Assembly (NCBI GenBank): GCA_964505725.1
Contig: CAZDJK010000010.1
Coordinates: 49,158 to 113,157, forward strand
Reading direction: 5' to 3'
DNA length: 64,000 nucleotides
Origin: an uncultured Bifidobacteriaceae bacterium
GTDB lineage: Bacteria; Actinomycetota; Acidimicrobiia; IMCC26256; DASPTH01
Within the stretch, counting starts at the first letter, position 1; every line of letters starts with the position of its first letter. Positions 9,496-17,666 of the stretch are shown here, piece by piece. The translations under genes were made by a program, and so were the position numbers. The notes under the pieces were generated by a model. That model saw only the letters and a list, made by a program, of their open reading frames with translations. It made no database searches and was not told the origin of the DNA.

Positions 9496-10132
9496 CGCCC
9501 GCGGCGGTGGGATCGACCAGCCACACGATCCGCTCCGCCTCGACGTGCGCGGCCGGCACGTCGTCTCCGTCGCGCACCCGCGCGAACGCTTCGGCCTTGC
9601 CCGGGCCGGCCACCGTGAACACGACCAGTCGGCTCCGCGCGATCGCGGGGTAGGTGAAGGTGAGCCGCGGGTGCGGATGAAGCTTGTCGCCGTTGGTCAC
9701 GACGAAGCGCTCGCGCTCGTGGAGCGCGGCCGAGCCCGGGAACAACGACGCGGTGTGCGCGTCGGGCCCCAGGCCGAGGTGCAGCAGGTCGATGGGCGGC
9801 TCTTCGCGCACGAGCTTGTCGTACGCGGCGGCGGCGGAGTCGACGGTGTCACCCGCGTCGCGGAGGGAGTGGATGGTGCCGGGTGTGACGGCCCCGAGCA
9901 GCACGACGCGCGCCATGCCTTCGTTGGAATCAGGGTCGTCCACGGGGACCCACCGCTCGTCGCCGAAGAACACGGAGACCGCGCTCCAGTCCAAGGCGCC
10001 GACGGCGGCGAGACGCGCGTAGCACCGGCGGGCGGTGTCGCCTCCCGACAGCGCGATCGAGCGGGGCGCCTCCGTCGCCACGAGGTCGGCGAAGGCACGC
10101 GAGACGTGCTCGACGACCTGCACCTCTCCCAT
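9488..10132 (-). CDS. pgl: 6-phosphogluconolactonase
   Basis: ATG at 10132 inside track ORF 9488..10558 gives 214 aa. The motifs ALSGGDT, FFGDERWVP and LGLGPDAHTASLFPG are typical of Pgl/DevB. Its stop overlaps the fbiC start by 8 nt. Confidence 0.85.
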   Translation of the reverse strand: MGEVQVVEHVSRAFADLVATEAPRSIALSGGDTARRCYARLAAVGALDWSAVSVFFGDERWVPVDDPDSNEGMARVVLLGAVTPGTIHSLRDAGDTVDSAAAAYDKLVREEPPIDLLHLGLGPDAHTASLFPGSAALHERERFVVTNGDKLHPHPRLTFTYPAIARSRLVVFTVAGPGKAEAFARVRDGDDVPAAHVEAERIVWLVDPTAAGVA

Positions 10133-10195
10133 GGAGCTGCTCACGCCGCGTCCCCGTGCACGCGGCGATGATACGGGCGCGGCGATGATGAGGCC

Positions 10196-11275
10196 ATGGA
10201 GCGCGACACCGTCGCGGTGTACGAGGCGCGGGCCGAGGAGTGGCGCGCTCGCCGGAGCGCCCGGTACGCGGACCGGGCCGCCGCACTCGCGGGCCTCGTC
10301 GAGCCGGGGACCCCCACCGCCGATCTCGGGTCCGGGCCGGGCCAGTACCTCGCGCACCTCGGCCGCCCGGCGGTCGCGGTGGACGCGGCCATCGCCATGC
10401 TGCGGCTGGCGGCGGAGGCTACGCCCGACGTACCCGGGGTGCAGGCCGACCTCGAGCTCCTGCCCTTCCGGCGCGGCGTTCTCGGCGGGGCGTGGGCGCG
10501 CGCGAGCTACGTGCACGTCCCGGCGGGTCGGCTCCCGCTGGCGCTCGCCGACCTGCACCGGGCGATGCGCCCGGGCGCTCCCGCGCGCCTCACCATGATG
10601 GTGGGCGACGGCGACGGGCCCTTCCCCGGCGACGACTTCCCGGGTCGCGTCTTCACGCGATGGCAGCCCGACGTCTGGCGGGACGTGCTCCTCGGCGCAG
10701 GCTTCGAGCTGGAGGCGTTCGAGGAGGATCCGGGGGAGGGCCCCGACCGCTGGATGGACGCGACTGTGCGCCGCGCGCGCACGCTCCCCGACTTCGTCGC
10801 GCCGGACATGCGCATTCTCGTGTGCGGCCTCAACCCCAGCCTCTACGCGGCCGACCGCGGCATCGGCTTCGCCCGTCCCGGCAACCGCTTCTGGCCCGCC
10901 GCCCTGGCCGCGGGCGTGGTGTCACGGGACCGCGACCCCACGGACGCGTTGCTCGGTCACGGCGTCGGCATGACCGACCTGGTGAAGCGCGCCACGTCGC
11001 GCGCCGACGAGCTCACCAGAGCCGAGTACGTCGCCGGCGCGGCGCGCGTCGAGCGGCTCGCGGCCCGGCTCCGGCCCCGGGTCGTGTGCTTCGTCGGGCT
11101 CGCGGGGTACCGGGCCGCCGTCGACCGGCAGGCCGTTGCAGGCCTCCAGCCGCTCCGGTTCGGCGGCGTCGCGGCCTACGTGATGCCCAATCCGAGCGGC
11201 GTGAACGCGCACGCGACCGTCGCCTCGCTCACCGACCACCTCCGCGCGGTCGCGTCGCTCGCCCGGTCCGTGTAA
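10196..11275 (+). CDS. Fusion protein: class I SAM-dependent methyltransferase domain + G/U mismatch-specific DNA glycosylase (Mug, UDG family 2) domain
   Basis: Track ORF 10196..11275 (359 aa). The N-terminal half has SAM motif I (DLGSGPGQY). The C-terminal half aligns by eye with E. coli Mug (ILVCGLNPS...GNRFW...GMTDLVKR...MPNPSG against GINPG...NRFW...GVTKLVDR...LPNPSG). Confidence 0.75.
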   Translation: MERDTVAVYEARAEEWRARRSARYADRAAALAGLVEPGTPTADLGSGPGQYLAHLGRPAVAVDAAIAMLRLAAEATPDVPGVQADLELLPFRRGVLGGAWARASYVHVPAGRLPLALADLHRAMRPGAPARLTMMVGDGDGPFPGDDFPGRVFTRWQPDVWRDVLLGAGFELEAFEEDPGEGPDRWMDATVRRARTLPDFVAPDMRILVCGLNPSLYAADRGIGFARPGNRFWPAALAAGVVSRDRDPTDALLGHGVGMTDLVKRATSRADELTRAEYVAGAARVERLAARLRPRVVCFVGLAGYRAAVDRQAVAGLQPLRFGGVAAYVMPNPSGVNAHATVASLTDHLRAVASLARSV

Positions 11276-11307
11276 TCCCCGGGAGGCAGCGCTCCTTCGT
11301 GCTCCGA

Positions 11308-11343
11308 TTCATTGTCGAATTCGCGTTCATTGTCGAATTCGCG
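11308..11343. repeat. Perfect 18-bp tandem duplication (ttcattgtcgaattcgcg x2) in an AT-richer spacer
   Basis: Read directly: 11308-11325 equals 11326-11343. Related copies are cgattcattgtc at 11305 and its near-perfect inverted copy gacaacgaatcg at 11364-11375. attgtcgg recurs at 11378-11385. Confidence 0.9.
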
Positions 11344-11413
11344 CTCTCCACGATCGCGTACATGACAACGAATCGAGATTGTCGGTCGGCGACCGCAGAG
11401 TGGGGTCAGCTGG

Positions 11414-12511
11414 TCAGTCGGTGACCTCGGCTCGGCGCTTCTCGATGGTCTGGAGCGCGTCGCGGTACGAGTTGGCGAAGGAGTCGACGCCTTCGCGCTC
11501 GAGGGTGGCGGTGACGTCGGCGAAGTCGATCCCTGCGGCCGCGAGGTCGTCCATCACCTGGTGCGCCCGGTCGACGCCGGCCATGATGGTGTCGGCCCGT
11601 TGCGTGCCCTCGCCGCGCCGCAACGCCTCGACCGAGGCGTCGGCCAGCGTGTTGACCGTGTGCGGTCCGATGAGCTCGTCGACGTAGAGCGTGGAGGAGT
11701 ACGCCGGGTTCTTGGTCGACGTCGACGCCCACAGCGGCCGCTGGAGCCGCGCGCCGCGGGCCGAGAGCTTGCCCCAACGGTCGCCCGAGAACCGGTCCTG
11801 GAACAGCCGGTACGCGAGCCTGGCGTTGGCCACCGCGGCCTTGCCCCGGAGCGCGTCGCCCTCCGGCAGCCGGCGGTCGGTCTCGGTGTCGACGCGGCTC
11901 ACGAAGAACGAGGCCACCGACGACACCGTCGACGGGTCGCCGCCGCTCCCGACCAGGCGGTCGAGCCCAGTCAGGTACGCCTCGATCACCTGACCGTGGC
12001 GTTCGAGCGAGAAGATCAGCGTGACGTTCACGTTGATGCCCGCCGCGATCGACGCCTCGATGGCAGGGAGGCCCTCGACGGTGGCCGGGATCTTGATCAT
12101 CACGTTCGGACGCGCGACGCGCGTGAACAGGGAGCGCGCGGCCTCGATGGTGCCGGCGGTGTCGTGGGCAAGCTCGGGCGACACCTCGATCGACACGAAG
12201 CCGTCGCCGTGCCCGGTGGCCTCGTGCACCGGGCGCAGCAGGTCGGCGGCGTCGGTGATGTCGGAGAGCACGACGGCCCAGTACGTGTCCTCCACCGACT
12301 GCCCCTGCTTCGCGCACTCGACGAGCTGCTCGTCGTAGCCCTCGCCGGCGTCGATCGCCTTGTCGAGGATGGTCGGGTTCGAGGTGACCCCGTGGATCCC
12401 GTCCTCGTCCACCAGACGCTGGAGGCCCCCGTCGCGAACGAGGGCACGCGAGAGGTTGTCGTACCAGGGGCTCTGGCCGAACTCGTTGAGCCGGGCGATC
12501 GCACTCGTCAT
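11414..12511 (-). CDS. tal: Transaldolase
   Basis: Track ORF 11414..12511 (365 aa). The N-terminus LNEFGQSPWYDNLSR and overall similarity match actinobacterial-type transaldolase. It lies directly downstream of tkt. Confidence 0.95.
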   Translation of the reverse strand: MTSAIARLNEFGQSPWYDNLSRALVRDGGLQRLVDEDGIHGVTSNPTILDKAIDAGEGYDEQLVECAKQGQSVEDTYWAVVLSDITDAADLLRPVHEATGHGDGFVSIEVSPELAHDTAGTIEAARSLFTRVARPNVMIKIPATVEGLPAIEASIAAGINVNVTLIFSLERHGQVIEAYLTGLDRLVGSGGDPSTVSSVASFFVSRVDTETDRRLPEGDALRGKAAVANARLAYRLFQDRFSGDRWGKLSARGARLQRPLWASTSTKNPAYSSTLYVDELIGPHTVNTLADASVEALRRGEGTQRADTIMAGVDRAHQVMDDLAAAGIDFADVTATLEREGVDSFANSYRDALQTIEKRRAEVTD

Positions 12512-12551
12512 CTGCGGCTGCTCTCCTTCTTCGAGGCCACGGCGGCGCGCG

Positions 12552-14558
12552 TCAGCCCGACGCCTCGAGACCGAGCTCGAGGAGGTCGCGCGCGCGGTCG
12601 ACCACGTGCTGGGGGGTGATCCCGAGCTCGGCCATCACCACCCCGCCCGGCGCGGAGGCGCCGAAGCGGTCAATGGCGACGACGTCGTCGGCGTAGCGCT
12701 CCCAGCCCAGGCTCGCACCGGCCTCCACCGCGAGCGCGGGCGCGTCCGGGGGGAGCACCGAGTCGCAGTACTCGTCGGGCTGGGCGTCGAACAGGTCCCA
12801 TGACGGCATCGACACCACCCGCACCGAGTAGCCCTCGGCCGCCAGCGACTGCTGCGCCTCGACGCACACCGCGACCTCCGACCCGGTCCCGATCAGCACG
12901 AGATCGACGTCGTTTCCCGGTTCGTCGACGAGCACGTAGGCGCCGCGCGGCACACCGGCCGGCGCGCGCTCGGCGGTTGCAGGGAGGACCGGGACGTCCT
13001 GGCGACTCAGGACGATGCCCGTCGGGCCCCGGCCGTCGACGTGGATGCGCCACGCCTCGGTGACCTCGTTCGCGTCCGCGGGACGGATGAGCCGCAGACC
13101 CGGCATGGCGCGGAGCGACGCCAGCTGCTCGATCGGCTGGTGCGTCGGCCCGTCCTGGCCGAGCCCCACGGAATCGTGGGTCCAGACGAACGCGACCTTG
13201 TAACCGGAGAGCGCGGCGAGCCGAACCGCGCCGCGCATGTAGTCGCTGAACACGAAGAACGTCCCGCCGACGGGGAGGGTACCGCTCACCGCCATGCCGT
13301 TCATCACCGAGCCCATCCCGTGCTCGCGCACGCCGAAATGGAGTTGGCGGCCGCGGAACTGGTGGGTGTCGATCCGCTCGGCGTCGTCGAGGAGCGTGCC
13401 GGTGTTGCCGCTCAGGTCGGCGCCTCCCGCCAGCACGCCGGGCACGACGTCGACCATGGCGTTGAGGACCTTGCCCGACGCGCGCCGTGTCGCGAGCGAC
13501 TCGCCGGGCTCCCAGTGCGGGAGCTTCGCCTCCCAGTTGGGCAGGCCGCGCTGAGCGAGGCACGCGTCGAGCTCGCCCGCGAGCTCGGGCTCCGACTGAG
13601 CGAACGCGGCCATGCGCCGCTGCCAGTCGGCTCGGACCTCCGCGCCCCTCGCACCGGCGGCGCGGTAGTACGCGACCACGTCGTCGGGCGAGTAGAACGC
13701 CTCGGTCGGCATGCCGAGGATCTCATTCACCGCCGCGATCTCGTCATCGCCGAGCGGATCCCCGTGCGCGTGCGCGGTGTCGGTGTACTTGGGGGACGGC
13801 CAGCCGATGTGACTGCGCAGCACGATCACGCTGGGCCGCTCGGCCTCGGCGATTCCCTCCCGGAGCGCTCCCTCGAGCGCGTCCAGGTCGTTGGCGTGCT
13901 CGCCCAGCTCGACGACGTGCCAGCCGTAGGCTGCGAACCGCTCGGGCACGTTGTCGCTGTAGGCGAGCTCGGTGGCGCCGTCGATCGTGATGTGGTTGTC
14001 GTCGTAGACGTAGACCAGGCGCCCGAGCCCGAGGTGGCCGGCCAGCGAGGCCGCCTCGTGGCTCACACCCTCTTCGAGGCAGCCGTCGCCGCAGACCACG
14101 AACACGTGGTGGTCGACGACCTCGGGGCCGAAGCGGGCGCGCAGGTTGGCCTCCGCGATCCCCATGCCGACGCCGTTGGCGAAGCCCTGGCCGAGGGGGC
14201 CGGTGGTCACCTCGACGCCGGGAGTGTGCCGGTACTCCGGGTGGCCGGGCGTGCGCGAGTCCCACTGGCGGAACTGGAGGATGTCGTCGAGCTCCAGGCC
14301 GTAGCCGGTCAGGTAGAGCATCGCGTAGAGGAGCATCGACGCGTGCCCGTTCGAGAGCACGAACCGGTCGCGGTCGGGCCAGTCGGGCGCGGCCGCGTCG
14401 TAGCGCATGACGCGCGTCCAGAGCACGTGCGCGAGCGGCGCCAGCGCCATCGGCGTGCCCGGGTGACCCGAGTTCGCCTTCTGGACCGCGTCCATCGCGA
14501 GGCCGCGTATGACGTCGATCCCGCGCTGTTCGATGGTGGCCGAGTCGGTGACCGTCAT
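12552..14558 (-). CDS. tkt: Transketolase
   Basis: ATG at 14558 (MTVTDSATIEQRGIDVIRGLAMDAVQKANSGHPG) lies within track ORF 12552..14783. It has the thiamine-diphosphate motifs (GDGCLEEGVSHEA). The upstream 75 codons of the track ORF look non-coding. Confidence 0.95.
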   Translation of the reverse strand: MTVTDSATIEQRGIDVIRGLAMDAVQKANSGHPGTPMALAPLAHVLWTRVMRYDAAAPDWPDRDRFVLSNGHASMLLYAMLYLTGYGLELDDILQFRQWDSRTPGHPEYRHTPGVEVTTGPLGQGFANGVGMGIAEANLRARFGPEVVDHHVFVVCGDGCLEEGVSHEAASLAGHLGLGRLVYVYDDNHITIDGATELAYSDNVPERFAAYGWHVVELGEHANDLDALEGALREGIAEAERPSVIVLRSHIGWPSPKYTDTAHAHGDPLGDDEIAAVNEILGMPTEAFYSPDDVVAYYRAAGARGAEVRADWQRRMAAFAQSEPELAGELDACLAQRGLPNWEAKLPHWEPGESLATRRASGKVLNAMVDVVPGVLAGGADLSGNTGTLLDDAERIDTHQFRGRQLHFGVREHGMGSVMNGMAVSGTLPVGGTFFVFSDYMRGAVRLAALSGYKVAFVWTHDSVGLGQDGPTHQPIEQLASLRAMPGLRLIRPADANEVTEAWRIHVDGRGPTGIVLSRQDVPVLPATAERAPAGVPRGAYVLVDEPGNDVDLVLIGTGSEVAVCVEAQQSLAAEGYSVRVVSMPSWDLFDAQPDEYCDSVLPPDAPALAVEAGASLGWERYADDVVAIDRFGASAPGGVVMAELGITPQHVVDRARDLLELGLEASG

Positions 14559-14590
14559 CGCACTCCCTCTGTGCCCTCTTGCCGCGCAGC

Positions 14591-15307
14591 CTATGCATCC
14601 TCCCGGAACAGGGTGATGCGAAGGCGCACGAGACCGACGGCGCTGCGCGCGGCCCGACGGAGCAGCGGCGTGCGCGACGGCCGCAGCTCCCTGACCTCGA
14701 CCGGCAGCTCGGCGACGCGGAGCCCGGCGCGGTCGGCCCGTATCACGAGCTCGGTGTCGAACAGGTCGGTGCCGCTGCGGCACGCGCGAGCGATCGGCTC
14801 GATCGGGCCGCGCCGCAACACCTTCATGCCGTGCGTGTCCGACACCGTCAGCCCGAAGCCCACGCGGAGGATCCCGGCGAACGCAGCGGTCACGAGCCTG
14901 CGCACCAACGGTCGGTGGTCACCCGCTCCGGGCGCGCGCTTCGAGCCGAGCACGACGACGAGCGCGGGATCGTCCTCGAAGCACGCTATCGCCCGGTCGA
15001 GGAACGAGAGGTCGTAGTAGTCCACGTCGAACATCGCGACGAGGTCGCCACCCGCCGCGAGCAGGCCGCTGCGCAGCGACTCGCCGTAATCGGCCAGCGC
15101 ACGGCTCTGCACGTGGACCTCCGGTGCCTCGGCGGCGAAGGCGCGCGCCACGTCTGCGGTGGTGTCGGTCGAGCCGTTCTCGACCACGAAGACCTCGAAC
15201 GCGAGGCTGCGCACGCGGAGCCCTGCGACGATCGTCGTCAGCGTGTCGTCCAGGAACTGAGCCTCGTTGTGCGCGGGCAGCACGACCGAGAGTGCGGGGG
15301 ACACCAC
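14591..15307 (-). CDS. Family 2 glycosyltransferase (polyprenol-phosphate sugar transferase-like)
   Basis: Track ORF 14591..15307 (238 aa). It has an LSVVLPAHNE start, DGSTD-like ENGSTDTT and a DVD (DxD) motif. Confidence 0.75.
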   Translation of the reverse strand: MVSPALSVVLPAHNEAQFLDDTLTTIVAGLRVRSLAFEVFVVENGSTDTTADVARAFAAEAPEVHVQSRALADYGESLRSGLLAAGGDLVAMFDVDYYDLSFLDRAIACFEDDPALVVVLGSKRAPGAGDHRPLVRRLVTAAFAGILRVGFGLTVSDTHGMKVLRRGPIEPIARACRSGTDLFDTELVIRADRAGLRVAELPVEVRELRPSRTPLLRRAARSAVGLVRLRITLFREDA

Positions 15308-15324
15308 GGTAGGCTACCGACCTC

Positions 15325-16743
15325 ATGAGCGGTCGCACGCGTGCGCTCGTCGCGAGCGGGCTCGCCGTCACCGCGATCGTCGTGCTCGTGCTCGCGTTCA
15401 CCGGTGAGGCGGTGCCCGCGCCATCCGACGCTGGTCAGGTGACGACCCCGTTGTGGTCGGCGCGTCGCGTGCCCGAGCCGATCGCGAGCGCGGTCGGCGC
15501 GCAACGGCTCCAGCACGCGCTCGACCAGAGCTTCGGAGGCTCCGGCGTGTGTTTCGTCGTCGATGCGGATGGACGCCCGGTCGCGTCGCACGCGCCCGAC
15601 ACGCCACTGATCCCTGCGTCGACCCAGAAGCTCCTCGTGGGCGCAGCCGCGCTCGCGATCCTGGGCGACGGCTTCACGTACGAGACCAGGGTCACCGCGC
15701 CCGCCGCGTCCAGCAACGGGAGCGTCGATCGCCTCTACCTCGTGGGCGCGGGCGATCCCGAGCTCGCGACCGCCGCGTACGCGTCGTACCTCGACGGCAA
15801 GGGCGACACGCACGGCACCGTCGTCACCAGCGTCGACGCGCTGGCGGACGCGATCGTCGCCAAGGGCATCCGGCGGGTGCCGGGCGGCATCGTGACCGAC
15901 GACAGCCGCTACGACGCGCAGCGGTACGTGCCGACCTGGAGCACCGGCTACCGCGGGAGCGACATCGGCCCGATGGGCGCGTTGGTCGTGAACGGCAGCC
16001 TCTCGTCCTGGAAGCCGCGCAAGGTCGCCGCCGCCGACCCCGCGCTGTCCGCGGGGACCGCGCTCGCCCAGGCGCTCGCCGCACGCGGCGTGCAGGTGGG
16101 CGCGGTCACGCGCGGGCCCGCGCCGGCCGACGCGCCGCTGGTCGCGTCGGCCCAGTCGTCGCCGCTCCGCCAGATCGTCACGAACATGCTCAGCTCGAGC
16201 GACAACCTCGCGGCCGAGCTGCTGGTGAAGGAGCTGGCGGTGCACGCGGGCCGGCCGGGCACGACCGCCGACGGCACCGCGGTGGTGCTCGCCGAGCTGC
16301 ACTCGCTCGGGATTCCCACCGAGCAGGTCACGATGGTGGACGGGTCGGGCCTCGACCGGGGCGACCGGCTGAGCTGCCGCGCGCTGACGGCCGTCCTGTC
16401 GTTCGGGACCCGCCCCGGGATGGCGCCTCTGCTCGGCGGCCTCCCGGTCGCCGCCCAGACCGGCACGCTCTTCGACCAGTTCACCGGGACCCCGCTCGCG
16501 GGGAAGCTCCGGGCCAAGACGGGCACGCTGGACGGCGTGAGCGGCTTCGCCGGGGTCGTGGACGTCGGCGGGAACCTCCAGTTCGCCTTCCTCGACAACG
16601 GCAACTTCCCGGAGGCCGCGGCCGACGGGGTCCGCACCCGCCTCGGCGGCATCCTCGCCACCTACCCGGACGCGCCGCCCGTCGAAGCCCTTGTCCCGGC
16701 GCCCGCGGCGCCGAGCTCCTTGCATCCGGCGGGTGGGCATTAG
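15325..16743 (+). CDS. dacB: D-alanyl-D-alanine carboxypeptidase/endopeptidase, PBP4 (peptidase S13) family
   Basis: Track ORF 15325..16743 (472 aa). It has an N-terminal signal/anchor, SxxK (ASTQK), SxN (SSSDN) and KTG (AKTGTL) motifs. Confidence 0.85.
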   Translation: MSGRTRALVASGLAVTAIVVLVLAFTGEAVPAPSDAGQVTTPLWSARRVPEPIASAVGAQRLQHALDQSFGGSGVCFVVDADGRPVASHAPDTPLIPASTQKLLVGAAALAILGDGFTYETRVTAPAASSNGSVDRLYLVGAGDPELATAAYASYLDGKGDTHGTVVTSVDALADAIVAKGIRRVPGGIVTDDSRYDAQRYVPTWSTGYRGSDIGPMGALVVNGSLSSWKPRKVAAADPALSAGTALAQALAARGVQVGAVTRGPAPADAPLVASAQSSPLRQIVTNMLSSSDNLAAELLVKELAVHAGRPGTTADGTAVVLAELHSLGIPTEQVTMVDGSGLDRGDRLSCRALTAVLSFGTRPGMAPLLGGLPVAAQTGTLFDQFTGTPLAGKLRAKTGTLDGVSGFAGVVDVGGNLQFAFLDNGNFPEAAADGVRTRLGGILATYPDAPPVEALVPAPAAPSSLHPAGGH

Positions 16744-16759
16744 AGAATCAGCAACTTCT

Positions 16760-17146
16760 ATGGACAGCCCGCCCGCCGATCCCGCGCCGCCGCTCCCCGT
16801 GCTCGACCCCGCCGCGGGCCGGACGCGCACCCCGCCCCTGCCGCAGCTGGTCACCGAGCTGAAGGACCTCGTCGTCACCTACGTCCGCGAGCAGACGCTC
16901 GTGCCCTTGCAACGGCTCGGGCGCTACGTCGGTTTCGGGCTCCTCGGCTCGCTCCTGCTGGGATTCGGCGTGCTGTTCCTCTCCCTCTCGGCCCTACGCG
17001 CCCTCCAGACCGAGACCGGCACGACGTTCGCCGACGACTGGTCGTGGGTCCCGTACGTGATCGTGATCGTCGCACTGCTCCTCGGCGGTGCCCTGGTGTG
17101 GTTCGCCCGCGGTGCGCGCCGCCCGAAGGAGGGAGCACCCCGATGA
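16760..17146 (+). CDS. Small two-TM membrane protein, actinobacterial holin-X-like (phage holin superfamily III-like)
   Basis: ATG at 16760 within track ORF 16691..17146 gives 128 aa. A Pro-rich N-terminus is followed by two hydrophobic helices (YVGFGLLGSLLLGFGVLFLSL and VPYVIVIVALLLGGALVWF). The family assignment is from memory and tentative. Confidence 0.5.
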   Translation: MDSPPADPAPPLPVLDPAAGRTRTPPLPQLVTELKDLVVTYVREQTLVPLQRLGRYVGFGLLGSLLLGFGVLFLSLSALRALQTETGTTFADDWSWVPYVIVIVALLLGGALVWFARGARRPKEGAPR

Positions 17147-17373
17147 GCACGAGCACCAGCGCGCGCAACGGCCGGGGGTCGGTGTCCCGGGGCGACATCG
17201 AGGCGAAGCTGCGCGAGATCAAAGATGTCGCCGAGCGCACCACCGAGCCGGCGGCCGACGTGGGTCGCAACGCGCTCATCGGTGGCCTCGTCGTGCTCGT
17301 CGTGCTCGCGTTCCTCTTCGGCCGTCGGCGGGGACGCAAGCGCAGCACCATCGTCGAGATCCGGCGCATCTGA
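17143..17373 (+). CDS. Small single-TM protein (76 aa)
   Basis: ATG at 17143 overlaps the previous stop (ATGA). It has a hydrophobic helix LIGGLVVLVVLAFLF followed by a basic stretch (GRRRGRKR). Confidence 0.45.
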   Translation: MSTSTSARNGRGSVSRGDIEAKLREIKDVAERTTEPAADVGRNALIGGLVVLVVLAFLFGRRRGRKRSTIVEIRRI

Positions 17374-17639
17374 TGCCACAACGCTCCGACGGCCTCGGGA
17401 CCGTCGAATCGACCCGCGCGGCACGTCCGAAGCGCGTGAACGCCGCCGTCGCGTCGTACGCGAAGCGGTCGTGGCGTCGCGCGCTGGGAGGTGGTGGTCG
17501 CGGGTGGCTCTACATGGCGCTGGTCGCCACCGGCGTGCGGGTCACGCTCCGCGCCATCGAGCGCAAGGAGGACGTCCTCTCGTTCCGGCTCCGCCCCGGC
17601 GACGCGGTCGAGATCCACCACCTCGCGCGACGGAAGTAG
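17373..17639 (+). CDS. Small basic hypothetical protein (88 aa)
   Basis: ATG at 17373 overlaps the previous stop by 1 nt (TGATG). It lies within track ORF 17088..17639. I recognise no domain. Confidence 0.35.
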   Translation: MPQRSDGLGTVESTRAARPKRVNAAVASYAKRSWRRALGGGGRGWLYMALVATGVRVTLRAIERKEDVLSFRLRPGDAVEIHHLARRK

Positions 17640-17666
17640 CGGACGCGCCCCGATACGCTGGGCACG

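Noticed and set aside
11308-11343. Chromosome dimer resolution (dif) site, suggested by the AT-richer spacer between convergent genes.
   Set aside because: The sequence is a direct tandem duplication, not two inverted 11-bp arms around a 6-bp core. It lacks the ATAA...TTAT-type arms I remember.
15304-15327. The 17-bp gap between the divergent GT2 (GTG 15307) and dacB (ATG 15325) starts, considered as a regulatory oddity.
   Set aside because: It is most simply explained by leaderless transcripts or slightly mis-set starts, both common in Actinobacteria. Nothing further is visible in the sequence.
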